This document shows positions 42,575 to 51,277 of a stretch of 64,000 bases of DNA, one piece after another. Every line of letters begins with the position of its first letter. Within the stretch, counting starts at the first letter, position 1. A program made the position numbers and the translations under genes. The notes under the pieces are model-generated. The model made no database searches. It was not told the origin of the DNA and was given only the letters and a program-made list of their open reading frames with translations. The stretch comes from Bdellovibrionales bacterium. GTDB lineage: Bacteria; Bdellovibrionota; Bdellovibrionia; Bdellovibrionales; UBA1609. The DNA lies in contig CBDCMT010000001.1 of the NCBI GenBank assembly GCA_965219095.1, positions 2,048,001-2,112,000 of the forward strand, read 5' to 3'.

Positions 42575-44032
42575 ATGATAATTCTTCCTTTAGATTCTAA
42601 AAACTTAAACGGAAAGGACTATATAGTGCTTAAGAAAGCACAAAAAGAAATAAAATGTTTAGAAAAAGATTACAAGCATTTAGAAGAAGAGCATGAGCAT
42701 TTAGAAGAAGATTACAAGCATTTAGAAGAAGAGCGTGAGCGTTTAGAAGAAGAGAACAAGCGTTTAAAAAAAGATAATGAACATTTTAAAAAAGAAAATA
42801 AGAAACTAAAAGAGGAGCTTCAATCAATACGCAAGCCTCCTAAGTGGGCTAAAAAGAACAAGAATAAAAATCCAGATGGAAACCTTAAAAAAGGAAAAAA
42901 GAAGGGTCCTAAAAAGGGTCATAAAGTTCATCGAAGAAAAAGGCCTGAGGAAGCGGATCAGGAGACCACTTGGACTTCACTGGTTTGTAGTAAATGTGAC
43001 TCTGATCTTCCTCCCTCTCATAAGTGGGATGTTCACTATCAGGTGGATTTACCACCTGTAAGTCAAGTCATCACCACGAAACACATTGTAGGCTGGAGTT
43101 GGTGCAGTTGTTGTAACAAGGAGGTTTCTGTCAGTGATAAGTTGGGAGCGAGTCTTTATGGTTCTAAGTTTCATGCTCAAGTGTGTTATTGGAAATATGA
43201 GTTGGGTTTAAGTTTTGGTAAAATAACAAATCTTTTGTCTGATCAATATGGTATGGAAATCAGTCGTGGTGTTTTGTCAGAGATTATAAGTCGTACGGCA
43301 AGGAAGTTTGAGGGGGCTTACGAGGATATCAAGTCCGTGTTATCGGAGCAGGGGCATTTGCATGCTGATGAGACAGGATGGAGAGTGAATGGGAACAGTC
43401 ATTGGCTCTGGAGTTTTTCAAATGATGATGTGTCATTTTATAAGATTGATCAAACTCGTTCGCAAGATGTAGTTAAAAATGTTCTTGGAGAAGTTTTTCG
43501 TGGAGTTTTAGTTTCAGATTTTTATGCTGCCTATAACAAGATTGACTGTCAAAAGCAAAAATGTTGGCCCCATCTTTTAAGGGAGCTTCATGGGCTAAAA
43601 GAAAAACATCCTAAAAGCAAAGAAATTGCTCAGTTTTCTAAGAGAGCCAAACTTTTTTTCAAGAGGAGAAAAAGGTTGCAAAATGAATATGAGAGTAAAG
43701 AGAATATCGATCGAAAATACAAACTGCTTATGTGTGATACAGAAAAATGGGTATCAAAAAAATACAGAAGCCATGACTTACAAAGACTTTGTAAACGTTT
43801 GGTCAAATATCGAGATGAAATTTATACTTTCATTAAGTCTGGAGTAGACCCCACTAACAATTATGGAGAGAGGGAAATTAGGCCTGCTGTACTTATGAGA
43901 AAAATCTCTTATTGCAATCGCTCAGAACAGGGAGCACATAACCAAGAGGTTATGATGAGTGTCGCTCGAACGGCCAAAAAACAGAATCTATCCTTCGTTG
44001 ACATGGCTACTGAATACCTCTCTAAACATTAA
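42575..44032 (+). CDS. IS66 (single-ORF type) transposase whose first ~15 codons derive from an IS630 lineage 1 remnant
   Basis: HADETGW, LVSDFY, CWPHLLRE, PTNNYGEREIRP; element end GTGAACAGTTAC at 44060; ATG context tagtttcatatg is that of IS630. Confidence 0.88.
   Translation: MIILPLDSKNLNGKDYIVLKKAQKEIKCLEKDYKHLEEEHEHLEEDYKHLEEERERLEEENKRLKKDNEHFKKENKKLKEELQSIRKPPKWAKKNKNKNPDGNLKKGKKKGPKKGHKVHRRKRPEEADQETTWTSLVCSKCDSDLPPSHKWDVHYQVDLPPVSQVITTKHIVGWSWCSCCNKEVSVSDKLGASLYGSKFHAQVCYWKYELGLSFGKITNLLSDQYGMEISRGVLSEIISRTARKFEGAYEDIKSVLSEQGHLHADETGWRVNGNSHWLWSFSNDDVSFYKIDQTRSQDVVKNVLGEVFRGVLVSDFYAAYNKIDCQKQKCWPHLLRELHGLKEKHPKSKEIAQFSKRAKLFFKRRKRLQNEYESKENIDRKYKLLMCDTEKWVSKKYRSHDLQRLCKRLVKYRDEIYTFIKSGVDPTNNYGEREIRPAVLMRKISYCNRSEQGAHNQEVMMSVARTAKKQNLSFVDMATEYLSKH
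42657..42766 (+). repeat. 21-bp tandem repeat encoding coiled-coil heptads
   Basis: gc(a/g)tttagaagaaga... repeated about five times (HLEEEHE HLEEDYK HLEEERE RLEEENK). Confidence 0.8.
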
Positions 44033-44159
44033 AATCACTAGAATTTAAGTGAACAGTTACCTAAATAACAACTCACAAAATAACAAAGTGAACTTCCCCT
44101 GTTTCTGCGGACAGTCAATTTTCTCTTAAAGTCTCCGTAAAATGGAGGTAAAAGAAAGA

Positions 44160-44414
44160 ATGGAAAAAGTATGAAGCAGAAATACTGTGTTTTGCTAAAA
44201 GAAAGAACGTAGATTCCACTAATAACAGAGCTGAAAGAGATCTAAGAATGACTAAGGTGAAAAAGAAAGTGTCAGGGTGTTTCAGAACAGAAGAAATGGC
44301 GAAATATTTTTGTCGCATTACCAGCTATGTTAAAACAATGAGAAATAAAGGGTATTCTTCTTTAGAAGCGATCTCTATGGCTTTAAATAAAAACTTACGA
44401 GAGTGAGCAGTTAC
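44160..44414 (+). mobile_element. 3' remnant of another IS66-type element
   Basis: TNNRAERDLRMTKVKKKVSGCFR; end GAGCAGTTAC; second copy at 63727-63980 on minus strand. Confidence 0.85.
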
Positions 44415-44587
44415 AAATTTACTATAATCTAAGGTTTTAAATCTTTGGAATTCATGATTTAAAACTAAAAAAGGTTCAGATAGACGCATAATAGGAATAT
44501 GTTTGTTTTACAATGTGTAAAGGAAGAGTCATTAAAAATGGAAAGCAAATGCAGGAAGTTTTCTCTTATGTGATTAGAATATTCGTT

Positions 44588-45014
44588 ACCGTATACAAAA
44601 AAAATTTTTTATATTTTTTGTAAATGGAGAAGTGTTTTTTCTTGACATACTTTTTGATAGACACTCTAAAAATTTAACAGAGTTTGATCAAAAAGCCAGG
44701 AGGTTATGCGTTAAAAAAAATGTCGAATTAATTTTTGGAAAGGATATTAGCACAGAGCATATGTTATGGGAATTGACCTTCCCATACCTGATTACAACAC
44801 TGTATGTCGTCGTTTAAAGGACTGCTCTATAGAACTAGGGAAGATTAAATCAAAAGAGAATATGTACGTTGTGATTGATTCTACAGGCGTAAAAATTTAT
44901 GGAGATGGAGAGCAAAGAAGCATGGTTTTTCAAAAAGGCTGGTCATCCATATGAGTATGTCAAGAAAAAACATTTTTTCATTTACAAAAAAAGACATTTT
45001 TTTTGCATGCGGTC
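44588..45014 (+). mobile_element. Internally deleted IS5 (IS903-like) element containing an IS630 lineage 2 end
   Basis: About 40-bp imperfect TIRs; PDYNTVCRR and VIDSTGVKIYGDGE fragments. Confidence 0.7.
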
Positions 45015-45249
45015 AGTATAAGTGAGTCTGCGTCAAAATCTTTTGTGAAGAGTATCCTTAGAAAGTTCTTTTTTTTCAATACATTATGGAGTTGTTTTTT
45101 ATCTGAGAGGAAAAAACAAGGATTCTATAAAAGAGCTTTTTTAAAAGCTAAAGCTCCTTTATAGTTATAAAGCCTTACATTTAGCTTATAAATTAAGAAG
45201 GTGATGAGGCTTTTTATAAAGTTTTGAGTTTAAGAGAGGACTTGATCTT

Positions 45250-45972
45250 GTGAGACAGGTACCAAGAAATAAACATATCTCTTATAGCATTATAGGAGAT
45301 GGAAAAGTTGCAAACCATTTTTGTCGCTATTTTGATTTATTAAATCTTCCTTATACAAAATGGTCTCGATCTAGAAACTTACAAAAAGAACTTAAAACGA
45401 CCTCATCCCATGTATTGCTTTTGATTTCAGATGAGGCTATTGAATCTTTTTATAAAGAAAACAAAAAGTTTTTTCAAAAGAAAACAGTTGTTCACTTTTC
45501 AGGTTGTCATAGTTTTCCTGACATGAAGGTAGCTCATCCTCTTATGTCTTTTGGTTCAAAACTTTATGATTTAGAAGTTTACAAAAACATACCCTTTGTT
45601 TTAGAAAAAGAAGAAGATTTTTATAAGATTCTGCCTGGTTTAGAGAATCCTTTTTACTTCATTTCTAAAGAGAAGAAGGCTCTTTATCATAGTTATTGTG
45701 TTATGGCGGGTAACTTTACATCTCTTCTTTGGTCTTTTGTTGAAGAAGGTTTTAGAAAACACCTTGGCATGGACTCAAAAGTTCTTGAGGTTTATAAAAA
45801 AAAGGTTTTTGAAAACGTGATAGAAAATTCTTCTGCTTCTTTAACAGGACCTTTTTTAAGAGGAGATAAAAGCACTATTGAATTTAATCTAAAAGCTTTG
45901 GAAAAGGATAAGCTTTTTAGTATTTATGAGGCTTTTTTGAATTCATATCAAAAAAAAGAAGGAGGTTTATGA
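45250..45972 (+). CDS. Rossmann-like/DUF2520 protein, likely PanG-type ketopantoate reductase
   Basis: IIGDGKVA, VVHFSG, AHPLMSF, LYHSYCVMAGN, LTGPFLRGD; first gene of the pan operon. Confidence 0.8.
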   Translation: MRQVPRNKHISYSIIGDGKVANHFCRYFDLLNLPYTKWSRSRNLQKELKTTSSHVLLLISDEAIESFYKENKKFFQKKTVVHFSGCHSFPDMKVAHPLMSFGSKLYDLEVYKNIPFVLEKEEDFYKILPGLENPFYFISKEKKALYHSYCVMAGNFTSLLWSFVEEGFRKHLGMDSKVLEVYKKKVFENVIENSSASLTGPFLRGDKSTIEFNLKALEKDKLFSIYEAFLNSYQKKEGGL

Positions 45973-46757
45973 ATTTGTTAAACTTTGAAAGAAAAAAGCA
46001 AAGAAAAGAAAAAATTTCTATGGTGACTTGTTATGATCATGTTTTTGCTAAAATCATAGACCAAACATCCATAGATGCTGTTTTAGTGGGTGATAGTTTG
46101 TCTATGATTGTTTATGGAGAAGAGAACACACTAAAAGCAACAGTTGATATTATGTGTAAACATGTGGAGGCTGTTAAAAAAGGAATCTCTCAAAAACCTA
46201 TTATAGGGGATCTTCCTTTTTTATCTTATAGAAAGTCTTTGGATTCTTCTTTAGAAAATGTGGAGAAAGTTATAAAAGCGGGTGCTTCTGCTGTAAAATT
46301 AGAAGGTGTTTTAGGTAATGAGAAGCTTATAACACATCTTGTGGAATCAGGAGTGCCTGTTATGGGTCATTTAGGTCTTACGCCACAGTTTTTTCATCAG
46401 TTAGGAGGGTTCAAAGTGCAAGCAAAAGAACAAAAAGAAAAAGAAATTCTTTTCAATCAAGCTTTAAAGCTTCAGGAGCTTGGTTGTTTTGGACTTGTTT
46501 TAGAAATGATCCCCTTTAGTCTAGCTAGACTCATTTCAGAAGAACTTCGTATTCCTACCATAGGTATTGGAGCAGGGCCTTATACCGATGGGCAAATTTT
46601 AGTTCTTCATGATATGTTGGGTTTGAATCAGGATTTTCAACCTCGGTTTTTAAGGACCTTTTTAAAGGGAAAACCCTTAATTCATCAGGCCTTAGAAGAT
46701 TATACAGAAGCTGTAAAGTCAGGAAGTTTTCCTTGCAGACAAGAAAGTTATGAATGA
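45969..46757 (+). CDS. panB: 3-methyl-2-oxobutanoate hydroxymethyltransferase
   Basis: LVGDSL, AVKLEG, MGHLGLTPQ, PTIGIGAG, DGQILVLHDMLG. Confidence 0.97.
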   Translation: MNLLNFERKKQRKEKISMVTCYDHVFAKIIDQTSIDAVLVGDSLSMIVYGEENTLKATVDIMCKHVEAVKKGISQKPIIGDLPFLSYRKSLDSSLENVEKVIKAGASAVKLEGVLGNEKLITHLVESGVPVMGHLGLTPQFFHQLGGFKVQAKEQKEKEILFNQALKLQELGCFGLVLEMIPFSLARLISEELRIPTIGIGAGPYTDGQILVLHDMLGLNQDFQPRFLRTFLKGKPLIHQALEDYTEAVKSGSFPCRQESYE

Positions 46758-47524
46758 TGAAAGTGATAAACAAAATTAAAGAGTTTAAAGATTATCAAAA
46801 AAGTATGTCAGGCCATGTTGGTTTTGTACCTACTTTAGGGGGACTTCACAAAGGACATCTCTCTCTTATAAGAAAAAGTGTTAAAGAAAACGATATAACT
46901 GTTGTGAGTATTTTTTTAAATCCTTTGCAATTTGATGACGAGGAGGATTTTAAAAATTACCCTGTAGCACTTGAGAGTGACTTAAAAAAGTTAGAAGCTT
47001 TTAAAACAGTTGTTGGTTTTGTCCCTTCTAAAGAAGATATGTTCCCTGAGGACTATGAGTTTTTTGTTGATGAAAAAAAAATAAGCCCTCTTATGTGCGG
47101 ACGTTTCCGTCCTAATTTCTTTAAAGGAGTGATGACTATTGTTTTAAAACTTTTTTCTCTTGTAAAACCTAGAACAGCTTATTTTGGTGAAAAAGATTAT
47201 CAGCAATATATTTTAATTAAAGCTATGGTTGAGGCTTTTTTTCTAGACATTGAGATTAAAGCCTGCCCTATTGTGAGAGATAAGGAAGGTTTAGCTTTAA
47301 GCTCTCGTAATGAACTTTTAAGTGAAGAAAAAAGGAAAAAAGCGTCTGAATTTTATAAGACTTTAAAAGAAAATAAATCTTTAGAAGAGCTTTCTAAAAT
47401 TTTAAAAGAAAAGGGGTTTGAAGTAGATTATGTAGAAGAGCATTTTAAGAGAAGATTAGGTGCTGTGGTGATTGATAAAGTTAGGCTGATTGATAATGTG
47501 TCTTTAAAGAGAGAGGTTTTATGA
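46754..47524 (+). CDS. panC: Pantoate-beta-alanine ligase
   Basis: VPTLGGLHKGHLSL, YFGEKDYQQ, GLALSSRN, RLIDN. Confidence 0.97.
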   Translation: MMKVINKIKEFKDYQKSMSGHVGFVPTLGGLHKGHLSLIRKSVKENDITVVSIFLNPLQFDDEEDFKNYPVALESDLKKLEAFKTVVGFVPSKEDMFPEDYEFFVDEKKISPLMCGRFRPNFFKGVMTIVLKLFSLVKPRTAYFGEKDYQQYILIKAMVEAFFLDIEIKACPIVRDKEGLALSSRNELLSEEKRKKASEFYKTLKENKSLEELSKILKEKGFEVDYVEEHFKRRLGAVVIDKVRLIDNVSLKREVL

Positions 47525-48717
47525 ACATTTTGTTTCAACTTTCAGGTTCTATTGCTTGTTATAAATCATGTGATTTCATCAGTTTTTTACTCAAAGAAAA
47601 TCATAAAGTTAAAGTTGTAGCTACAGAGGCTGCCTTAAAATTTGTGGGGGAAGCCACTTTAGAGGGGCTTACAGGGGAAAGAGTGATAACCGATTCTTTT
47701 CAAAAAGGATTTATGATGAGCCATATAGAACTTTCTCGTTGGTGTGATAAGGCTATCTTGTGTCCGGCCACAGCTTATTCTATCAATGGTCTAGCAAAAG
47801 GTGTCCTTAAAAATATTATAGGAGATATTTTTTTAGCCTTTCCTTTCAAACAAAAGCCTTACTATATTGTTCCTGCTATGAATTCTTTTATGCTCTCTCA
47901 CCCTACAGTCAGACAATCTCTTCTTACTTTGAACTCTTTTGAGGGGGTTTTTGTTTTTCCTACTGAGAAAGGAATTTTAGCTTGTAAAGAAGAAGGCTAT
48001 GGAAAGCTTTTAAGTATAAGTAAAATTTATGAAAGAATTTTTAGAAAAAAGAAGGCGAAAATTCTTATTACAGGGGGAGCAACAGAAGAACCTATAGATT
48101 CTGTGCGTTATTTAACAAACAAAAGTACAGGTAAAACAGCAACCTTTTTAGCTGAAAAATTTCATAAAGAAGGCTATGATGTTACCTTTTTAAAAAGTAA
48201 GAGGATAGAAAAGAGAATAGAAGAAAGTTCTCTAAGACAGATAAGTTTTACATCTTTTAAAAATTTAGACAAGAGGCTTAAACATCTTTTATCCTCAGAA
48301 TCATACGATTTTGTTTTTCATTTAGCTGCTGTGAGTGATTATTCTTTAGAGAAACCTCAACAACATTTTAAAATTGATTCTTCTTCCGAGAATCTTCACC
48401 TAAAATTGAAGAGGAATAAAAAGATTTTAGAATTTATAAAAAGCTATTCTCTGTCTCAAACCACAAAAGTTATAGGCTATAAATTAACTGTGAAATCTGA
48501 GGGGAAAAAAGAAGTTGAAAGAATTTTTTCTCAAGGAGGAGTTGATTATGTTGTTCATAATGATCTTTTAGAAATGACAGATAGAGTTCATCCTTTTTCT
48601 CTTTATAACGTGAAAGGAAAGACTGCCAGTGGCCAGAGTAAAGGGGATATGTATGAGGTTCTAAAAGGTGTTGTAGATGCTTCACAAAAGGAGAAAGAGT
48701 GTGATCTTATGTCTTGA
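47521..48717 (+). CDS. coaBC: Bifunctional phosphopantothenoylcysteine decarboxylase/synthase
   Basis: SGSIACYK, HIELSRW, PAMN, TGGATEEPIDSVRYLTNKSTG, AAVSDY. Confidence 0.95.
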   Translation: MNILFQLSGSIACYKSCDFISFLLKENHKVKVVATEAALKFVGEATLEGLTGERVITDSFQKGFMMSHIELSRWCDKAILCPATAYSINGLAKGVLKNIIGDIFLAFPFKQKPYYIVPAMNSFMLSHPTVRQSLLTLNSFEGVFVFPTEKGILACKEEGYGKLLSISKIYERIFRKKKAKILITGGATEEPIDSVRYLTNKSTGKTATFLAEKFHKEGYDVTFLKSKRIEKRIEESSLRQISFTSFKNLDKRLKHLLSSESYDFVFHLAAVSDYSLEKPQQHFKIDSSSENLHLKLKRNKKILEFIKSYSLSQTTKVIGYKLTVKSEGKKEVERIFSQGGVDYVVHNDLLEMTDRVHPFSLYNVKGKTASGQSKGDMYEVLKGVVDASQKEKECDLMS

Positions 48718-49471
48718 TTTAGGAAACACTTATCTTCATGGAGGCCTTTTTTGTAACCATGAAATTGTCCTTGAGTTTCGAAAAAACCTTGAAAAATCAA
48801 GCTCTTCTGATGAGTGGGGGCTTTTTCTAAAAGCAGTTTTGTTTGAAAATAATTATGATTTTAAAAAGGTTCAAAAAATTGCCATTTGTTCTGTTGTACC
48901 TGAAGCTCTTTATTCTCTTCAAAGAGGCTGTTTTAAATACTTCCGTATCAATCCCTTTGTTTTAAAACAAGGAGTAAAGACAAGGCTTAAGATTAACTAT
49001 CGTTATCCTTCAGAGCTGGGAGCTGATCGTATTGCCAACTCTATGGGAGCTTTGAAATTGTTTGAAAATAAGGATATTGTGATCATTGACTTTGGAACAG
49101 CGATTACTTTATGTGCGGTTTCTCGATCAAAGGAGTATTTAGGCGGTGCTATTTTAGCAGGTCTTGGAACCTCTATGAAAGCTTTAGAGGAAGAGGCTGC
49201 CAAGTTGTCTGCTGTTGAGATTAAAAAACCTCATTCTATAACAGGTCGATCAACAGAAGAAGGTCTTCAAGCAGGTCTTTATTATGGAGCTTTAGGGGCA
49301 GTTCAAGAGATCAAAAAACGTATCTTAAAAGAAACCTTCCCCCAAGATTCTGTTGAAGTAATAGGGACTGGAGGGTTTTCTCATTTATACAAACAAACAG
49401 ATTTGTTTAAGCATCATGAAAAACATTTATCTTTAAAAGGTTTGTATGAATCTCTGAAGCTTAACACTTAG
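48701..49471 (+). CDS. coaX: Type III pantothenate kinase
   Basis: LDLGNT, LGADR, IDFGTA, GTGG; GTG start after aaggag. Confidence 0.95.
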   Translation: MILCLDLGNTYLHGGLFCNHEIVLEFRKNLEKSSSSDEWGLFLKAVLFENNYDFKKVQKIAICSVVPEALYSLQRGCFKYFRINPFVLKQGVKTRLKINYRYPSELGADRIANSMGALKLFENKDIVIIDFGTAITLCAVSRSKEYLGGAILAGLGTSMKALEEEAAKLSAVEIKKPHSITGRSTEEGLQAGLYYGALGAVQEIKKRILKETFPQDSVEVIGTGGFSHLYKQTDLFKHHEKHLSLKGLYESLKLNT

Positions 49472-49555
49472 TCTAATTTTTAGAAATCTTAAGTGACTAT
49501 ATTTTAATGACTGTGGAAAATTCCCTCGATAAAATACCTCCTAACTGCAATTCAC

Positions 49556-49632
49556 TAGTGTTCTGACCAGTTAATTCTTTTACAGTTCTTCTAAGGTGAA
49601 GTTATGAAAAAAATTTACTGGTTAAAGCACTA
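49556..49632. mobile_element. 77-bp MITE-like element sharing a CTAG site with the adjacent IS630
   Basis: Imperfect TIRs tagtgttctgaccagt / actggttaaagcacta. Confidence 0.55.
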
Positions 49633-50911
49633 GTACAGCATAACATTAAATTTTAATATTTTCATAATGCCTCTTAAACTTATTTCTAGCCTTATTATTT
49701 GTAAACTGCCAATTAATTTTGATTCTGTCTTTGTTTCTCTTACGGGTCCAAGTTTCTACTTCTTTTTTTAGTTGTTCAAAACTTCCTATACGTCGGTTTA
49801 AACATTGCTTTGAAAGAGCCGAAAACTCGATTTCTGCCATATTTAACCAACTGGCCTTTTTAGGAGTATAAATCATCTCAAGTCTATTTTTTAACTCCAA
49901 GGCCTTTTGAGCTGGCATGTTCTCATAAAAAGAAGAGCCATTGTGAGTGTTTAAATTATCTTGTATCAATGTGATCTTGTCTACGTCCTTATAATATAAG
50001 GACATTTTTCTCATGAAAAGAGCATAATCTTTCTTTGTTTTTCTCTTTCTTACCTCTACAATTCTTCTTCCACTCAATGGCTCTATGGCTAAGAACACAA
50101 CACAGGTTCCATTTCTTTTGTAATGATAATCCTCTCTTTTTTCTTTTCCAGGGCTTACAGGAACTGGCATCAAAACATCTTCTATCAATTGACAAGGACG
50201 CTCATCAAAACAAAGAACAGGACGATTAGAATCTAGCTTTCTTTCATAAACTTCTAAAACAGACTCCATTTGGCAAATAAAATGAGAATCGATCTTGCTT
50301 AAACACCACTGTCTTTTTAAATGAGGTTTGACTTCGTTTTTTTTAATATACGACCCACATGGGTGTGAGAAATAGAGTCTACAACATTTAACTCAACCAA
50401 CTTATCAGATAGCATCTGTAAACTCCATCGACCATAACCTTCAGGAGCTTTCGTACAAGCTAAACTCGTAATCTTCGTCCTTTGCTTCCCTGTAAACTTA
50501 GGAGGCTTTCCAGGACGAGGAGCATCATAAAGTGCTCTCCCTAATCCTCCCTTCAAGTACCCTTCTTTGATATTTTGAATAGTCCCTAAAGTTCTCACTC
50601 CAAGAATCTCACAAACCTCTGTGGAACCCTTCCCTTGATGGCTTAAAAGTAAAACCCTGGCTCGTGTTAAAACTCGAGACTGATTCACTCCCTTCTTCAA
50701 CATCTTCTCTAATTTTGTCTTCTCTGAACTCTTTAACTTTATCCTTACTTTTGGCTTTCTTTTTGCTTTTGGATTTGCTCTTGCCTTTGTTTTTAATTTC
50801 ATCTTTGATCTCATATCCCCTCCTTGGACTTTTTATTAAACTACAACAAATATTATAGGAACAACAAAAATACAAGTCAAATATATTGAAATTTAAGGTT
50901 ATGCTGTACTA
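49631..50911 (-). mobile_element. IS630 lineage 3 element, two ORFs (50814-50317, 50269-49646) joined by a probable programmed frameshift
   Basis: TIR TAGTACAGCATAAC, CTAG target; A8 slippery run before the first stop; CFDERP, QDNLNTH, SWLNMAEIE. Confidence 0.93.
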
Positions 50912-51051
50912 GTGCAACCCTTTCTTTCATCATAACCTCATAAGGTGTTAACCAGCACGCAGATATGATTGATAGTACAGAAGACTCATTTTTGAAAAAC
51001 TTTTTTGTCAATGACTTACTTTTTTTGCTTGACTGACTGGTCATTCATATA

Positions 51052-51152
51052 AGCAAAAACAATACGAAAACATAGCCACTTATTCTTAATGACTTCAAGA
51101 CTAAAAAGGCCTTCTCTTCACACGGATTGTAGAGGGTTTAAGCAACAAAGTA
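51052..51152 (+). pseudogene. Degenerate ISL3 transposase fragment
   Basis: Matches the AKTIRRH...GIVEGLNNKV region with indels. Confidence 0.75.
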
Positions 51153-51277
51153 ACTTAAAGGACGTAATCTGCTGTAATTATTTTGATTTTATCGATTTTA
51201 ATCGTTTCTAGAGGTTAATTTCTTCCTAAAGTATCTTGAATTTTTTATTTGATTAAGTTAAAATTAAGCCATCTATT

